Source of the DNA: Deltaproteobacteria bacterium
GTDB taxonomy: Bacteria > Desulfobacterota > Syntrophia > Syntrophales > UBA2192
Assembly (NCBI GenBank): GCA_012728915.1
Contig: JAAYEC010000045.1
Coordinates: 9,803-73,802, forward strand
Direction: 5' to 3'
DNA: 64,000 nucleotides
Part shown: in pieces, positions 49,976 through 57,814 of the stretch
How the letters are laid out: each line of letters starts with the position of its first letter
Numbering within the stretch: the stretch's first letter is position 1
Program-made: the position numbers and the translations under genes
The notes under the pieces: generated by a model
What the model was told of the DNA's origin: nothing
Databases searched by the model: none
The model's input: only the letters and a program-made list of their open reading frames with translations

Positions 49976-50401
49976 TTATGGGGTGATCTCGATGCCCATC
50001 GACCGGGCGGTGCCCGCCACGGTCCGGATGGCCGCGTCGATGTCCACACAGTTGAGATCCTTGAACTTCAGCTCCGCGATGTCCCTGACCTGCTTGCCCG
50101 TGACCTTGCCCACGGTCTCCCGCTTCGGGTCGTTCGCCCCCTTGGCGATCTTCGCGGCCTGCTTGAGCAGGACCGAGACGGGGGGCGTCTTCGTTACGAA
50201 GGTGAAGGACCGGTCGGCGTACACGGTGATCACCACGGGGATGATCATGCCCTCCTGCTTGCCCGTCATGGCGTTGTAGGCCTTGCAGAACTCCATGATG
50301 TTCACGCCGTGCTGGCCGAGAGCCGGGCCGATCGGCGGGGAGGGCGTGGCCTTGCCCGCCTGGATCTGCAGCTTGATATTCGCGATTACCTTCTTTGCCA
50401 T
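49976..50401 (-). CDS. rplK: 50S ribosomal protein L11
   Basis: 141 aa; [40 protein letters not shown]... Confidence 0.98.
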   Translation of the reverse strand: MAKKVIANIKLQIQAGKATPSPPIGPALGQHGVNIMEFCKAYNAMTGKQEGMIIPVVITVYADRSFTFVTKTPPVSVLLKQAAKIAKGANDPKRETVGKVTGKQVRDIAELKFKDLNCVDIDAAIRTVAGTARSMGIEITP

Positions 50402-50434
50402 AGTGCAGTCACCTTGTGGTGTGATTTTCTGCCG

Positions 50435-50965
50435 TTACGCGGCGACCACCTGGATGAAATCCAGCTCCACCGGCGTCGAGCGCCCGAAGATGCTGACGAT
50501 GACCCGGAGCTTGCCCTTCTCCGGCTTCACCTCGTCGACGATGCCGTCGAAGTTGGTGAAGGGGCCATCGATGATCTTGACGTGGTCGCCCACGTCGAAG
50601 GAGAATTTCGGCTTGGGCTTCAGCGTCCCCTCCTCGATGCGGGTACGGAGCGCCATGACGTCCTCGTCGGGGATCGGGGTCGGTTTCTCCTTGGTGCCGA
50701 TGAAACCCGTCACCTTCGGGGTGTTTTTCACGATGTGCCAGGTGTCGTCGTTGAGCTCCATCTTCACGAGCACGTAGCCCGGGAAGAACTTGCGCTTCGA
50801 GGTCTTCTTCTCGCCGCCGACGAGCTCGACAATGTCCTCCTCGGGCACGAGGATGTCGGAGAAGAAGGCCTGCATGCCCGCCGCCTCGATCCGCTCCTGC
50901 AGCGAGACCTTCACCTTGTTCTCGAAGCCCGAATAGGTATGGACGACGTACCAGCGGAATGCCAT
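50435..50965 (-). CDS. nusG: Transcription termination/antitermination factor NusG
   Basis: 176 aa; [19 protein letters not shown].. and a C-terminal KOW motif ..[19 protein letters not shown]... Confidence 0.97.
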   Translation of the reverse strand: MAFRWYVVHTYSGFENKVKVSLQERIEAAGMQAFFSDILVPEEDIVELVGGEKKTSKRKFFPGYVLVKMELNDDTWHIVKNTPKVTGFIGTKEKPTPIPDEDVMALRTRIEEGTLKPKPKFSFDVGDHVKIIDGPFTNFDGIVDEVKPEKGKLRVIVSIFGRSTPVELDFIQVVAA

Positions 50966-50972
50966 GCCTTGC

Positions 50973-51176
50973 CTACCCCAGAACGAATCGGACGATCTTG
51001 ACGAGCCCGAAATCCACGAGCCCCAGGACCATCGAGACGATGATCGTCAGCACGACGACCACCGAGGTGGAGGTGAGCGCCTGCCGGGGCGTGGGCCAGG
51101 TCACCTTCTTCAGCTCCGCCCGGGACTCCTTCAGGAACTGCCGAACGACATCCAGGATCTGCTTGATCTTGTCCAA
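50973..51176 (-). CDS. secE: Preprotein translocase subunit SecE
   Basis: 67 aa; ..FLKESRAELKKVTWPTPRQAL.. followed by a single TM segment. TTG start. Confidence 0.9.
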   Translation of the reverse strand: MDKIKQILDVVRQFLKESRAELKKVTWPTPRQALTSTSVVVVLTIIVSMVLGLVDFGLVKIVRFVLG

Positions 51177-51208
51177 ACCCGTGTCCTGTGCAATAGGCTG
51201 AGGGGAAA

Positions 51209-51285
51209 TGGCAGGCCAGGAGGGATTCGAACCCCCAGCATCCGGATTTGGAGTCCGGCGCTCTAGCCGTTAGAGCTACTGGCCT
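51209..51285 (-). tRNA. tRNA-Trp (anticodon CCA)
   Basis: The minus strand reads AGGCCAGTAGCTCTAACGGCTAGAGCGCCGGACTCCAAATCCGGATGCTGGGGGTTCGAATCCCTCCTGGCCTGCCA. It folds as a cloverleaf, and the 3' CCA is encoded. Confidence 0.9.
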
Positions 51286-51303
51286 GTTCCCTTCTTCCTG
51301 CCG

Positions 51304-51453
51304 TTATTTGGTTTCCTTGTGCGGTGTGTGGGTCTTGCAGAACTTGCAGAACTTCTTCATCTCGAGGCGGTCCTGCATGGTTCGCTTGTTCTTCGTCGTC
51401 GTGTAGTTGCGGCGCTTGCATTCCGTGCAGGCCAGCGTAATGTTGTTTCGCAT
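51304..51453 (-). CDS. rpmG: 50S ribosomal protein L33
   Basis: ATG 51453 gives [49 protein letters not shown]. The upstream part of the track ORF is a translated tRNA. Confidence 0.93.
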   Translation of the reverse strand: MRNNITLACTECKRRNYTTTKNKRTMQDRLEMKKFCKFCKTHTPHKETK

Positions 51454-51473
51454 CCTGTCCACCCTGACTGAAA

Positions 51474-51549
51474 TGGAGCCCACGACCAGGATTGAACTGG
51501 TGACCTCATCCTTACCAAGGATGTGCTCTACCGACTGAGCTACGTGGGC
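51474..51549 (-). tRNA. tRNA-Thr (anticodon GGU)
   Basis: The minus strand reads GCCCACGTAGCTCAGTCGGTAGAGCACATCCTTGGTAAGGATGAGGTCACCAGTTCAATCCTGGTCGTGGGCTCCA. Confidence 0.9.
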
Positions 51550-51621
51550 TGAAAACCGGTAACCCGGCACCCGGCGCCGTCCGAACGCTTCGACGGCTCC
51601 GGTCCGTTCTGCTGGAAAAGT

Positions 51622-51697
51622 TGGAGCGGGAAACGGGATTCGAACCCGCGACCCTCAGCTTGGAAGGCTGACGCTCTAGCCACTGAGCTACTCCCGC
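51622..51697 (-). tRNA. tRNA-Gly (anticodon UCC)
   Basis: The minus strand reads GCGGGAGTAGCTCAGTGGCTAGAGCGTCAGCCTTCCAAGCTGAGGGTCGCGGGTTCGAATCCCGTTTCCCGCTCCA. Confidence 0.9.
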
Positions 51698-51757
51698 TCA
51701 TCCCCGCCCGGGGCACCCGCGCGCATCCCGCCGGGGCGCGGCGGATGGGAACACATA

Positions 51758-51842
51758 TGGTGGAGGGGGGAGGGTTCGAACCTCCGTAGGCTGCGCCGGC
51801 AGATTTACAGTCTGCTCCCTTTGACCGCTCGGGAACCCCTCC
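51758..51842 (-). tRNA. tRNA-Tyr (anticodon GUA), long variable arm
   Basis: The minus strand reads GGAGGGGTTCCCGAGCGGTCAAAGGGAGCAGACTGTAAATCTGCCGGCGCAGCCTACGGAGGTTCGAACCCTCCCCCCTCCACCA. Confidence 0.9.
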
Positions 51843-51868
51843 GGATTCAATGATCGCTGTGGCCGATA

Positions 51869-51944
51869 TGGAGCTGGCGATGGGACTCGAACCCGCAACC
51901 GGCTGATTACAAATCAGCTGCTCTACCTGTTGAGCTACGCCAGC
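51869..51944 (-). tRNA. tRNA-Thr (anticodon UGU)
   Basis: The minus strand reads GCTGGCGTAGCTCAACAGGTAGAGCAGCTGATTTGTAATCAGCCGGTTGCGGGTTCGAGTCCCATCGCCAGCTCCA. There is one C-A mismatch in the T-stem as I read it. Confidence 0.85.
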
Positions 51945-52018
51945 CATTTCATACAATCTTTCAAAGAATCCCGGCTCTTGCGGCGCAAAAAGGCACACGC
52001 CGGGCGTCGAAGCAATGA

Positions 52019-52057
52019 AGGTTAGTGTTAAAAGGGGGTTTTGTCAAGGTTTTTTTT
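52019..52057 (-). promoter_or_regulatory. Candidate sigma70 promoter with A-tract UP element for the tRNA/rpmG cluster
   Basis: The minus strand reads AAAAAAAACC-TTGACA (52047-52042), a 17-nt spacer, then TAACCT (52024-52019). The -10 is weak. It lies about 75 nt upstream of tRNA-Thr(UGU). Confidence 0.4.
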
Positions 52058-52063
52058 ACAACC

Positions 52064-52150
52064 GGCCAAAGGCAAAAGGTGAAGGGCTAAAGGTAAAAAA
52101 ACGGTCAATTTCATCCTTCTTACCCTTAGCCCTTTGCCCGTTGCCTATTC
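52064..52150. repeat. Heptad-periodic inverted array element (copy C)
   Basis: Plus strand GGCCAAA GGCAAAA GGTGAAG GGCTAAA GGTAAAA (52064-52098), a 24-nt spacer, then CCCTTAG CCCTTTG CCCGTTG CCTATTC (52123-52150). The last heptad overlaps the stop codon of the AMMECR1 gene. Confidence 0.7.
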
Positions 52151-52708
52151 TTCAGCAAACACGTCGGCCGCAAACAGATAGATCTCCGTCTCCGGATCGC
52201 GCCAGGCAGCGGGGGCAAGCCCCGCCTTGCGACAGGTCTCTTCCAGGAAGGTGTCCCGGTCCCACCGCCACTCGGTCGCCACCTGGGGCAGCAGGAGCCC
52301 CGCCCGTCCGCCCCTGCGGATGTAAAGACCGTGAACGCCGACCTCGATCTCGTCAGCGTCGACAACCCTGCGCAGGGGGGTGAGCACGGAGATTTCCACC
52401 CTGAGGTCCTGCAACTCGTCCTTCCGCAGCGGCGGAAACCGGGGATCCTGGAACGCCGAGGCGACGGCCATTTCCTCGACGGTTTTCGCCAGGGGCTTCC
52501 GGGGCTCGACAAACCCGATGCACCCTCTCAGCCTGCCCCGTTTCTTCAGGGAGACGAAGGCCCCCCGCTTCTCGTCCAGCAGTCCCTTCCCTGCCGGCCC
52601 CGGTCGTTTCTTCCCGTCCAGCTCCGCCTCGATGGATTCTCGGGCGATCCGGAGCAGCGCCCGTTTTTCCGCGCCGGAGAGTTTCCTGTCGGTGTCCGCG
52701 TCTTTCAC
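52145..52708 (-). CDS. AMMECR1-domain protein (AmmeMemoRadiSam system protein A)
   Basis: 187 aa; ..KRGAFVSLKKRGRLRGCIGFVEPRKPL.. and ..QDPRFPPL..LQDLRVEISVLTP.. are hallmarks of AMMECR1. Confidence 0.85.
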   Translation of the reverse strand: MKDADTDRKLSGAEKRALLRIARESIEAELDGKKRPGPAGKGLLDEKRGAFVSLKKRGRLRGCIGFVEPRKPLAKTVEEMAVASAFQDPRFPPLRKDELQDLRVEISVLTPLRRVVDADEIEVGVHGLYIRRGGRAGLLLPQVATEWRWDRDTFLEETCRKAGLAPAAWRDPETEIYLFAADVFAEE

Positions 52709-53556
52709 TCGGCCCTCTTTCCCCCCGCGGCTTCCCGGTAAAACACCGCCGAAAGATATCCCACCACCTGGCGCCGATCCCCCGTCACGTCCCCTGAATT
52801 GGCATACTGAAGCACCCGTGCGCCGCGGGCACCCGCCTTTTCGGCAACGAGCATGGTCGCCACGACGGGTCCGCCTCCGCAGGCCTCGCAGGAGCCTTCC
52901 TCGAGTTCGCGCGCAAGCGCCCTGTAATCCCGTTTCCTCACGAGGTCGACGACAATCCCGTCGAGCCGCGTTGCCTGCTCATAGGAGTGGAAGTGGGAAA
53001 GGTCCGAGCTGCCCACGACAAGGATGTCTTTCCCTTTTGCCGCCCGGAAGACCGCTTCGGCGACGGATTCACAGGTCCGGACGTCCTGGGTCCCCATCAC
53101 GATGGGGACAAAGGAGAAACTCCCGAGGGCCTCCTGCAGGAACGGCAGCTGAATCTCGACGGAATGCTCCGCCGCATGGGGCTTGCGGTCGGCGTTCATC
53201 ACGGGGTCCGCCCCGAGGATCGCGCCCGCCAGTTCGGCGTCTATGGGGACCACTCCGAGCGGCGTTTCATACCCCCCGGAAGGCCAGACCGAGGCGCCGC
53301 CGAACAGGACGCGATGGCTCGGCCCGATCACCACGACGGCGTCATACCGCTGTCCCTCGACCAGGCGGTAGCCGTGCGCCGCGATCTGCCCGGAGTACCG
53401 GTACCCCGCGTGGGGGGAAACGAGGCCGACGATCCTCCCCCCGACGGGAGCAGGCGAGGCGTTCTCGAAATACCGGCGGATCTCGCGCCTGAGGACCCCG
53501 GGGTCGCCCGGGTACCAGGTGCCGGCAATGACGGATTTCCGGATGTCCTTTTCCAT
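52705..53556 (-). CDS. MEMO1-family protein (AmmeMemoRadiSam system protein B)
   Basis: 283 aa; ..RKSVIAGTWYPGDPGVLRREI.., ..GLVSPHAGYRYSGQIAAHGY... The stop overlaps the AMMECR1 start by 4 nt. Confidence 0.85.
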   Translation of the reverse strand: MEKDIRKSVIAGTWYPGDPGVLRREIRRYFENASPAPVGGRIVGLVSPHAGYRYSGQIAAHGYRLVEGQRYDAVVVIGPSHRVLFGGASVWPSGGYETPLGVVPIDAELAGAILGADPVMNADRKPHAAEHSVEIQLPFLQEALGSFSFVPIVMGTQDVRTCESVAEAVFRAAKGKDILVVGSSDLSHFHSYEQATRLDGIVVDLVRKRDYRALARELEEGSCEACGGGPVVATMLVAEKAGARGARVLQYANSGDVTGDRRQVVGYLSAVFYREAAGGKRAE

Positions 53557-53727
53557 GGTGATCGCCGATCGGCAACGACCCCGGGCAGGAGCCCCCAGGG
53601 ACCGGAGGTAAATTTCCGTTGTGCTTCCCTGCCGTTAGCGTTTTTCCCCGCATGTCATGCCTACCCCTTTGCGGGCGGCCCTGTCAAGAGGGGAAAGCGG
53701 CACAAGGGGGCCCGGGGCAAAAAAAGA

Positions 53728-53756
53728 TTGACTCCGAAACCGGGGCTGTTTAAGAG
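53728..53756 (+). promoter_or_regulatory. Candidate sigma70 promoter for gap
   Basis: A-tract GCAAAAAAAG, then TTGACT (53728-53733), a 17-nt spacer, then TAAGAG (53751-53756). The -10 is poor. It would give a leader of about 140 nt. Confidence 0.3.
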
Positions 53757-53898
53757 TAATCGGTTCTGATGGAGGAACCCGTCGTCGACCGGCAGGCGTC
53801 TGCCCGGATGGGTCGGCAGGACGGGGCAGCCTGATGTCCCGTCTCCCCGCAGCCCCATCGCCCGGTGGGCTCGAACAGCAAACAGAGGAGGTAGACAC

Positions 53899-54909
53899 AT
53901 GGGTGTCAAGTGCGCAGTGAATGGCTTCGGCCGCGTCGGAAGGTATCTCGTCAGGGCCGCCCTCGGCTACAGTGACCTCGACATCGTCGCCGTCAACTCC
54001 AGGGCGAAGGCCCCGATCCTCGCCCATCTTCTCAAGTACGACTCCGTCCACGGCAAATTCCCGGCCGAGGTCTCCTGCACGGACAAGGCGCTCGTCGTCA
54101 ACGGCCGGGAAATCCGGATCACCAATGTCACCGACAACTGCGCCCTGCTCCCCTGGAAGGAGATGGGCGTTGAGATCGTGCTGGAGTCGACGGGCGAGTT
54201 CCGAAAGAAGGCGGAGGTGGCCCCGCACATCGAGGCGGGCGCCAGAAAGGTCATCATCGCGGCCCCCGGCAAGGGCATCGACGGCACCTTCGTGATCGGC
54301 GTCAACGAGGAGACCTACGATCCCGCCAGGCATCACATCGTCTCCAACGCCTCGTGCACGACAAACTGCCTGGCCCCCGTGGCCAGGGTGCTCCACGAGT
54401 CCTTCGGCATCAAGCGGGGCTTCATGACGACCTGCCACGCCTACACGATGGATCAGCGGCTCCTCGACGGCTCCCACAAGGACCTTCGCCGGGCCCGGGC
54501 CGCCGGCCTGTCCATCGTCCCCACCACGACCGGGGCGGCCAAGACGGTGGGCGAGGTCATCCCCGCCCTGAAGGGCAGGATGGACGGCGTAGCCCTGCGG
54601 GTGCCCACGCCCAACGTGAGCTGCGTGGACTTCGTCGCCGAGCTGGGCCGGTCGGTCAGCGCGGGCGAGGTGAACGACGCTGTCAAGGCCGCGGCGGCGG
54701 GCAGGATGAAGGGCATCATCCAGTACTGCGAGGAAGAGCTCGTCTCCGTCGACTTCGTGAGCAGCCCCTACTCGGCCATCTTCGACGCGCCGCTCACCAA
54801 CGTCCTCGACGGCAGCCTGGTGAAGGTCTTCGCCTGGTACGACAACGAAAGCGGGTTCGCCTGCCGGATGCTCGACCTGGCGCGGTATATGGCAAAACAG
54901 CAGGCGTAA
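53899..54909 (+). CDS. gap: Type I glyceraldehyde-3-phosphate dehydrogenase
   Basis: 336 aa; MGVKCAVNGFGRVGR..; active site ..SNASCTTNCLAP... Confidence 0.97.
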   Translation: MGVKCAVNGFGRVGRYLVRAALGYSDLDIVAVNSRAKAPILAHLLKYDSVHGKFPAEVSCTDKALVVNGREIRITNVTDNCALLPWKEMGVEIVLESTGEFRKKAEVAPHIEAGARKVIIAAPGKGIDGTFVIGVNEETYDPARHHIVSNASCTTNCLAPVARVLHESFGIKRGFMTTCHAYTMDQRLLDGSHKDLRRARAAGLSIVPTTTGAAKTVGEVIPALKGRMDGVALRVPTPNVSCVDFVAELGRSVSAGEVNDAVKAAAAGRMKGIIQYCEEELVSVDFVSSPYSAIFDAPLTNVLDGSLVKVFAWYDNESGFACRMLDLARYMAKQQA

Positions 54910-54980
54910 GGCTCAGGACATAAGGCATAAGGGAAGGCAAGAAATCCTCTTCCTATACCCTAAGCCCTGAGCCATTTTTT
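54907..54980. repeat. Heptad-periodic inverted array element (copy D) between gap and tpiA
   Basis: TAAGGCT CAGGACA TAAGGCA TAAGGGA AGGCAAG .. CCCTAAG CCCTGAG CCATTTTTT. GGCTCAGG (54910-54917) pairs perfectly with CCTGAGCC (54966-54973), and a T6 run follows. The first heptad contains the gap stop codon. Confidence 0.7.
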
Positions 54981-54993
54981 GGCGGGGGAAATC

Positions 54994-55743
54994 GTGCGCA
55001 GGCCGCTGATCATCGGCAACTGGAAGATGAACAAGACCATCGGCGAGGCCGTCGGGTTCGCCCGCGCGCTCGCGGCCGGCCTGCCGCCCGTCACAGACCG
55101 GGACGCGGCCATTGCTCCCCCCTTCACGGCGCTTTACGCCCTCGCGCCGGAACTGCGGGAAACGGCGATCGCCCTCTGCGCCCAGGATGTGCACGGCGAG
55201 GACCGGGGGGCCTTCACCGGCGAGGTGTCGGCGCCCATGCTCCGCGACGTGGGGTGCCGCTACGGCCTCGCGGGACATTCGGAGCGCCGCCGCATCTTCG
55301 GGGAAACCGGCGACGACGTCAACCGCAAGGTGAAGGCCCTGCTCCGGGCCGGACTCACCCCCGTTCTCTGCGTCGGCGAAACTCTGGAGGAACGGGACGC
55401 GGAGCAGACCTACAACATCGTCCGCCGCCAGTTAAAAGAGGGATTGAATAATCTATCCGCCGATGATATAAGGCGCTCCATTGTCGCTTACGAGCCCGTG
55501 TGGGCCATCGGGACGGGACGGACGGCCGCCCCCGACCAGGCGCAGGACATCCACCATTTCATCCGGCAGTTCCTCGGGCTCATGGCCGGGCAGGAAGGGG
55601 CGGAGGAAATCCGCATCCTGTACGGGGGAAGCGTCAGTCCCGAAAACGCGGGGGCGCTCATGGCGCAGGAGGACATCGACGGGGTTCTGGTGGGAGGCGC
55701 AAGCCTCGACGTCGATTCCTTCCGGAAGATCATCCTGTATTGA
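54994..55743 (+). CDS. tpiA: Triose-phosphate isomerase
   Basis: GTG 54994 gives (M)[14 protein letters not shown]..; ..[11 protein letters not shown]... The track ORF begins at TTG 54979. Confidence 0.95.
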   Translation: MRRPLIIGNWKMNKTIGEAVGFARALAAGLPPVTDRDAAIAPPFTALYALAPELRETAIALCAQDVHGEDRGAFTGEVSAPMLRDVGCRYGLAGHSERRRIFGETGDDVNRKVKALLRAGLTPVLCVGETLEERDAEQTYNIVRRQLKEGLNNLSADDIRRSIVAYEPVWAIGTGRTAAPDQAQDIHHFIRQFLGLMAGQEGAEEIRILYGGSVSPENAGALMAQEDIDGVLVGGASLDVDSFRKIILY

Positions 55744-55755
55744 GAGGGAAGAACG

Positions 55756-56073
55756 TTGCACATCCTTGTCAGCATCATCCACATTTCGGTTTGTATCCTG
55801 CTGGTCGTGATCGTGCTGCTCCAGCGAGGCAAGGGGGCCAGCATGGGGGCCGCCTTCGGCGGATCGAGCCAGACCCTGTTCGGAAGCTCCGGCCCCGGCA
55901 CCCTGCTCGGCAAGATGACCACGGGCGTCGCCGTCGTGTTCATGCTGACTTCCCTGTGGCTTGCCTACTTCGCGGTGCACAAGGGAAGCTCCGTCATGCA
56001 GGGCGCCGCGCCGGCCCCGATCGAGCAGCCCGCTCCGGTGTCCCCTCCGGCTCCGGCGCCGGACAAGAACTAG
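55756..56073 (+). CDS. secG: Preprotein translocase subunit SecG
   Basis: 105 aa; ..ILLVVIVLLQRGKGASMGAAFGGSSQTLFGSSG... TTG start. Pro/Ala-rich C-terminal tail. Confidence 0.9.
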   Translation: MHILVSIIHISVCILLVVIVLLQRGKGASMGAAFGGSSQTLFGSSGPGTLLGKMTTGVAVVFMLTSLWLAYFAVHKGSSVMQGAAPAPIEQPAPVSPPAPAPDKN

Positions 56074-56083
56074 CTCTGCGCTA

Positions 56084-56112
56084 TTGACAAATGAGCCCGA
56101 ACAGGCTAATAA
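56084..56112 (+). promoter_or_regulatory. Candidate sigma70 promoter for tRNA-Leu
   Basis: TTGACA (56084-56089), a 17-nt spacer, then TAATAA (56107-56112), 12 nt upstream of the tRNA 5' end. Confidence 0.4.
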
Positions 56113-56124
56113 ATCCGTACCGAT

Positions 56125-56210
56125 GCCGAAGTGGTGGAAATTGGTAGACACGCTATCTTGAGGGGGTAGTGGGGAGACCCGTCCGGGTTCAAGTCCCGGC
56201 TTCGGCACCA
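56125..56210 (+). tRNA. tRNA-Leu (anticodon GAG)
   Basis: GCCGAAGTGGTGGAAATTGGTAGACACGCTATCTTGAGGGGGTAGTGGGGAGACCCGTCCGGGTTCAAGTCCCGGCTTCGGCACCA. Long variable arm; the 3' CCA is encoded. Confidence 0.9.
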
Positions 56211-56239
56211 GAAACAAAGTGGAAGGTCCACTGGAAAGA

Positions 56240-56278
56240 GGGAGTCAGGATCCGCGGTCCTGGCTCCCTTTCTTTTTT
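56240..56278 (+). terminator. Rho-independent terminator after tRNA-Leu
   Basis: GGGAGTCAGGA-TCCGCGG-TCCTGGCTCCC followed by TTTCTTTTTT. It also abuts the stop of the convergent gene at 56278. Confidence 0.6.
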
Positions 56279-57723
56279 CACTCCCCATGCCACTGCCTGC
56301 TCCGGATATTCTGGAGCTGCCAGGGGCTTTGGACATCGAGCTTTTCGGGAAAGTACTTTCCACGGCCATTGAGCGGCGTCCACTCCGTGAACTCCCCCGC
56401 CATGCGGCCCAGGTAGGGCTCTGCCGTTTCTAGGCAATCCTCGAAATCCAGATCCTCGGGCTCGACGACGCCGCGCCGCGGGTTGCGTATGGCCCACAGG
56501 ACGGCGGCGACGGCCCCCGCCGTGACCTGCATGGTCGTCGCGTTGGCGTGCGCCACGTGCCTGCGCGCCTCCTGGATCGTGAGCTGCGAGCCATACCAGT
56601 ACGCGTTTCGCTCGTGACCGGCCAGCAGGACGCCGAGCTCGTCCATCCCCTCCACGATATCCATTCCGAGACGCCGGCAGGAGGGCTGCAGCACCCATCC
56701 CCTGCCTTCCAGTTCCAGCGCGGACAGCATCGCGTCGTCGCAGGGATGGTACACAAACATCACGCTCGGCCGATAGAGAACCCCCCCTGGGCCGCGAACG
56801 GACAGATAGTCGGCGATCGAGAAGACTTCGTCATGGGTCACGAGCATTCCCTGAAAAGCGCCGATCGAGGGCACCCAGCTGCGCGCGAAGGTGCATGCCC
56901 CGGGACGCTCCAGGTACAGCGTGGCGGAGCCGGGGCGGTGCTCGCGCGCCCCCCGGGGCCGCCGCTTTTCAAAGGTGCCGAAGGACAGCTCGGCCGGCTG
57001 CATCAGCTCGTCGACGAAACCGTCGATCGACCAGGTGTTGACGAATTCCCCCTGGCGTTTCGGGCGCGTGCTGGCCTGCGTGTCCCGCTCGGATATCTGA
57101 ATCGTGGTGATCCTGAGATCGCGCGCAAGATTCGCCCATTCCTCGCGCGTGGCGGGCTTTGCGTTGCCGTTGCGGATGATCCGGTCCAGATCGAGGAGGG
57201 CGCGCTTGACAAAATGGGAGACGAGCCCCGGGTTGGCGCCGTGATCAACCACGGCCGTCGGCGAGCCGGCCCCCAGCTCGGCGGCCAGGTCGGTCACCTT
57301 GGAGCGGACGGCGTAGCTCGTGCGCTGGCGAAGCGCCAGCATGGGGTTGTCGAATACACCCGGCCACGGCTCTATTGAGGTATCCACGTACAGGGCGCCC
57401 CGCTCCGAGCAGAACCGAATCAGATCGCTGCTGGAAATATCGATGGACAGGTTCAGCAGGAGATCGCCGTCCCCGACGTAGCCCTTCAGGATCGTGCGGT
57501 AGTTGGCGGGCGTGAGGTTGCAGTGGATGAACCGCGTCCCGCAGCGCTCCGCAATCCCCCGCCCGGCTTCGTCGGCCGAGAGAACGGTCAGCCGCCCGTG
57601 AATTCCTTCGAGATGCCGGCCGATGACGGGCAGGACGGCCTGTCCGATGCTTCCGCAACCGACCATGACGATGCGGCCCCTGAAGGCCGGGGGCTCCGGC
57701 GATTCCTTCGGTGGTACCGTCAT
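56278..57723 (-). CDS. Homospermidine synthase-like (saccharopine-dehydrogenase superfamily)
   Basis: ATG 57723 follows GGGAG. Rossmann motif ..GRIVMVGCGSIGQAVLPVI... The length of about 481 aa and the ..NTWSIDGFVDE.. region fit bacterial homospermidine synthase. Assignment is from memory. Confidence 0.6.
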   Translation of the reverse strand: MTVPPKESPEPPAFRGRIVMVGCGSIGQAVLPVIGRHLEGIHGRLTVLSADEAGRGIAERCGTRFIHCNLTPANYRTILKGYVGDGDLLLNLSIDISSSDLIRFCSERGALYVDTSIEPWPGVFDNPMLALRQRTSYAVRSKVTDLAAELGAGSPTAVVDHGANPGLVSHFVKRALLDLDRIIRNGNAKPATREEWANLARDLRITTIQISERDTQASTRPKRQGEFVNTWSIDGFVDELMQPAELSFGTFEKRRPRGAREHRPGSATLYLERPGACTFARSWVPSIGAFQGMLVTHDEVFSIADYLSVRGPGGVLYRPSVMFVYHPCDDAMLSALELEGRGWVLQPSCRRLGMDIVEGMDELGVLLAGHERNAYWYGSQLTIQEARRHVAHANATTMQVTAGAVAAVLWAIRNPRRGVVEPEDLDFEDCLETAEPYLGRMAGEFTEWTPLNGRGKYFPEKLDVQSPWQLQNIRSRQWHGE

Positions 57724-57814
57724 TTTCAACTCCCGGGCATCCTGCGCAATGCCGGTTTCGGCCGGGGGCAGCCTCGTCGTGGTGCGCGGCGGGCCGACGC
57801 CGGGGATCCGGTGA

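Noticed and set aside
51454-51473. No second tuf copy between tRNA-Thr(GGU) and rpmG. The arrangement thrU-tyrU-glyT-thrT-tufB is classical in E. coli.
   Set aside because: Only 20 nt separate the tRNA and rpmG. A single tuf in the str operon is common, and there is no evidence of recent loss.
53769-53834. A possible 21-codon leader peptide (MEEPVVDRQASARMGRQDGAA) in the gap leader.
   Set aside because: It has no Shine-Dalgarno sequence and no codon pattern suggestive of attenuation.
54910-54993. No pgk gene between gap and tpiA.
   Set aside because: The gap-tpiA arrangement without pgk occurs in various bacteria. The spacer is fully accounted for by the heptad element and holds no pseudogene remnant.
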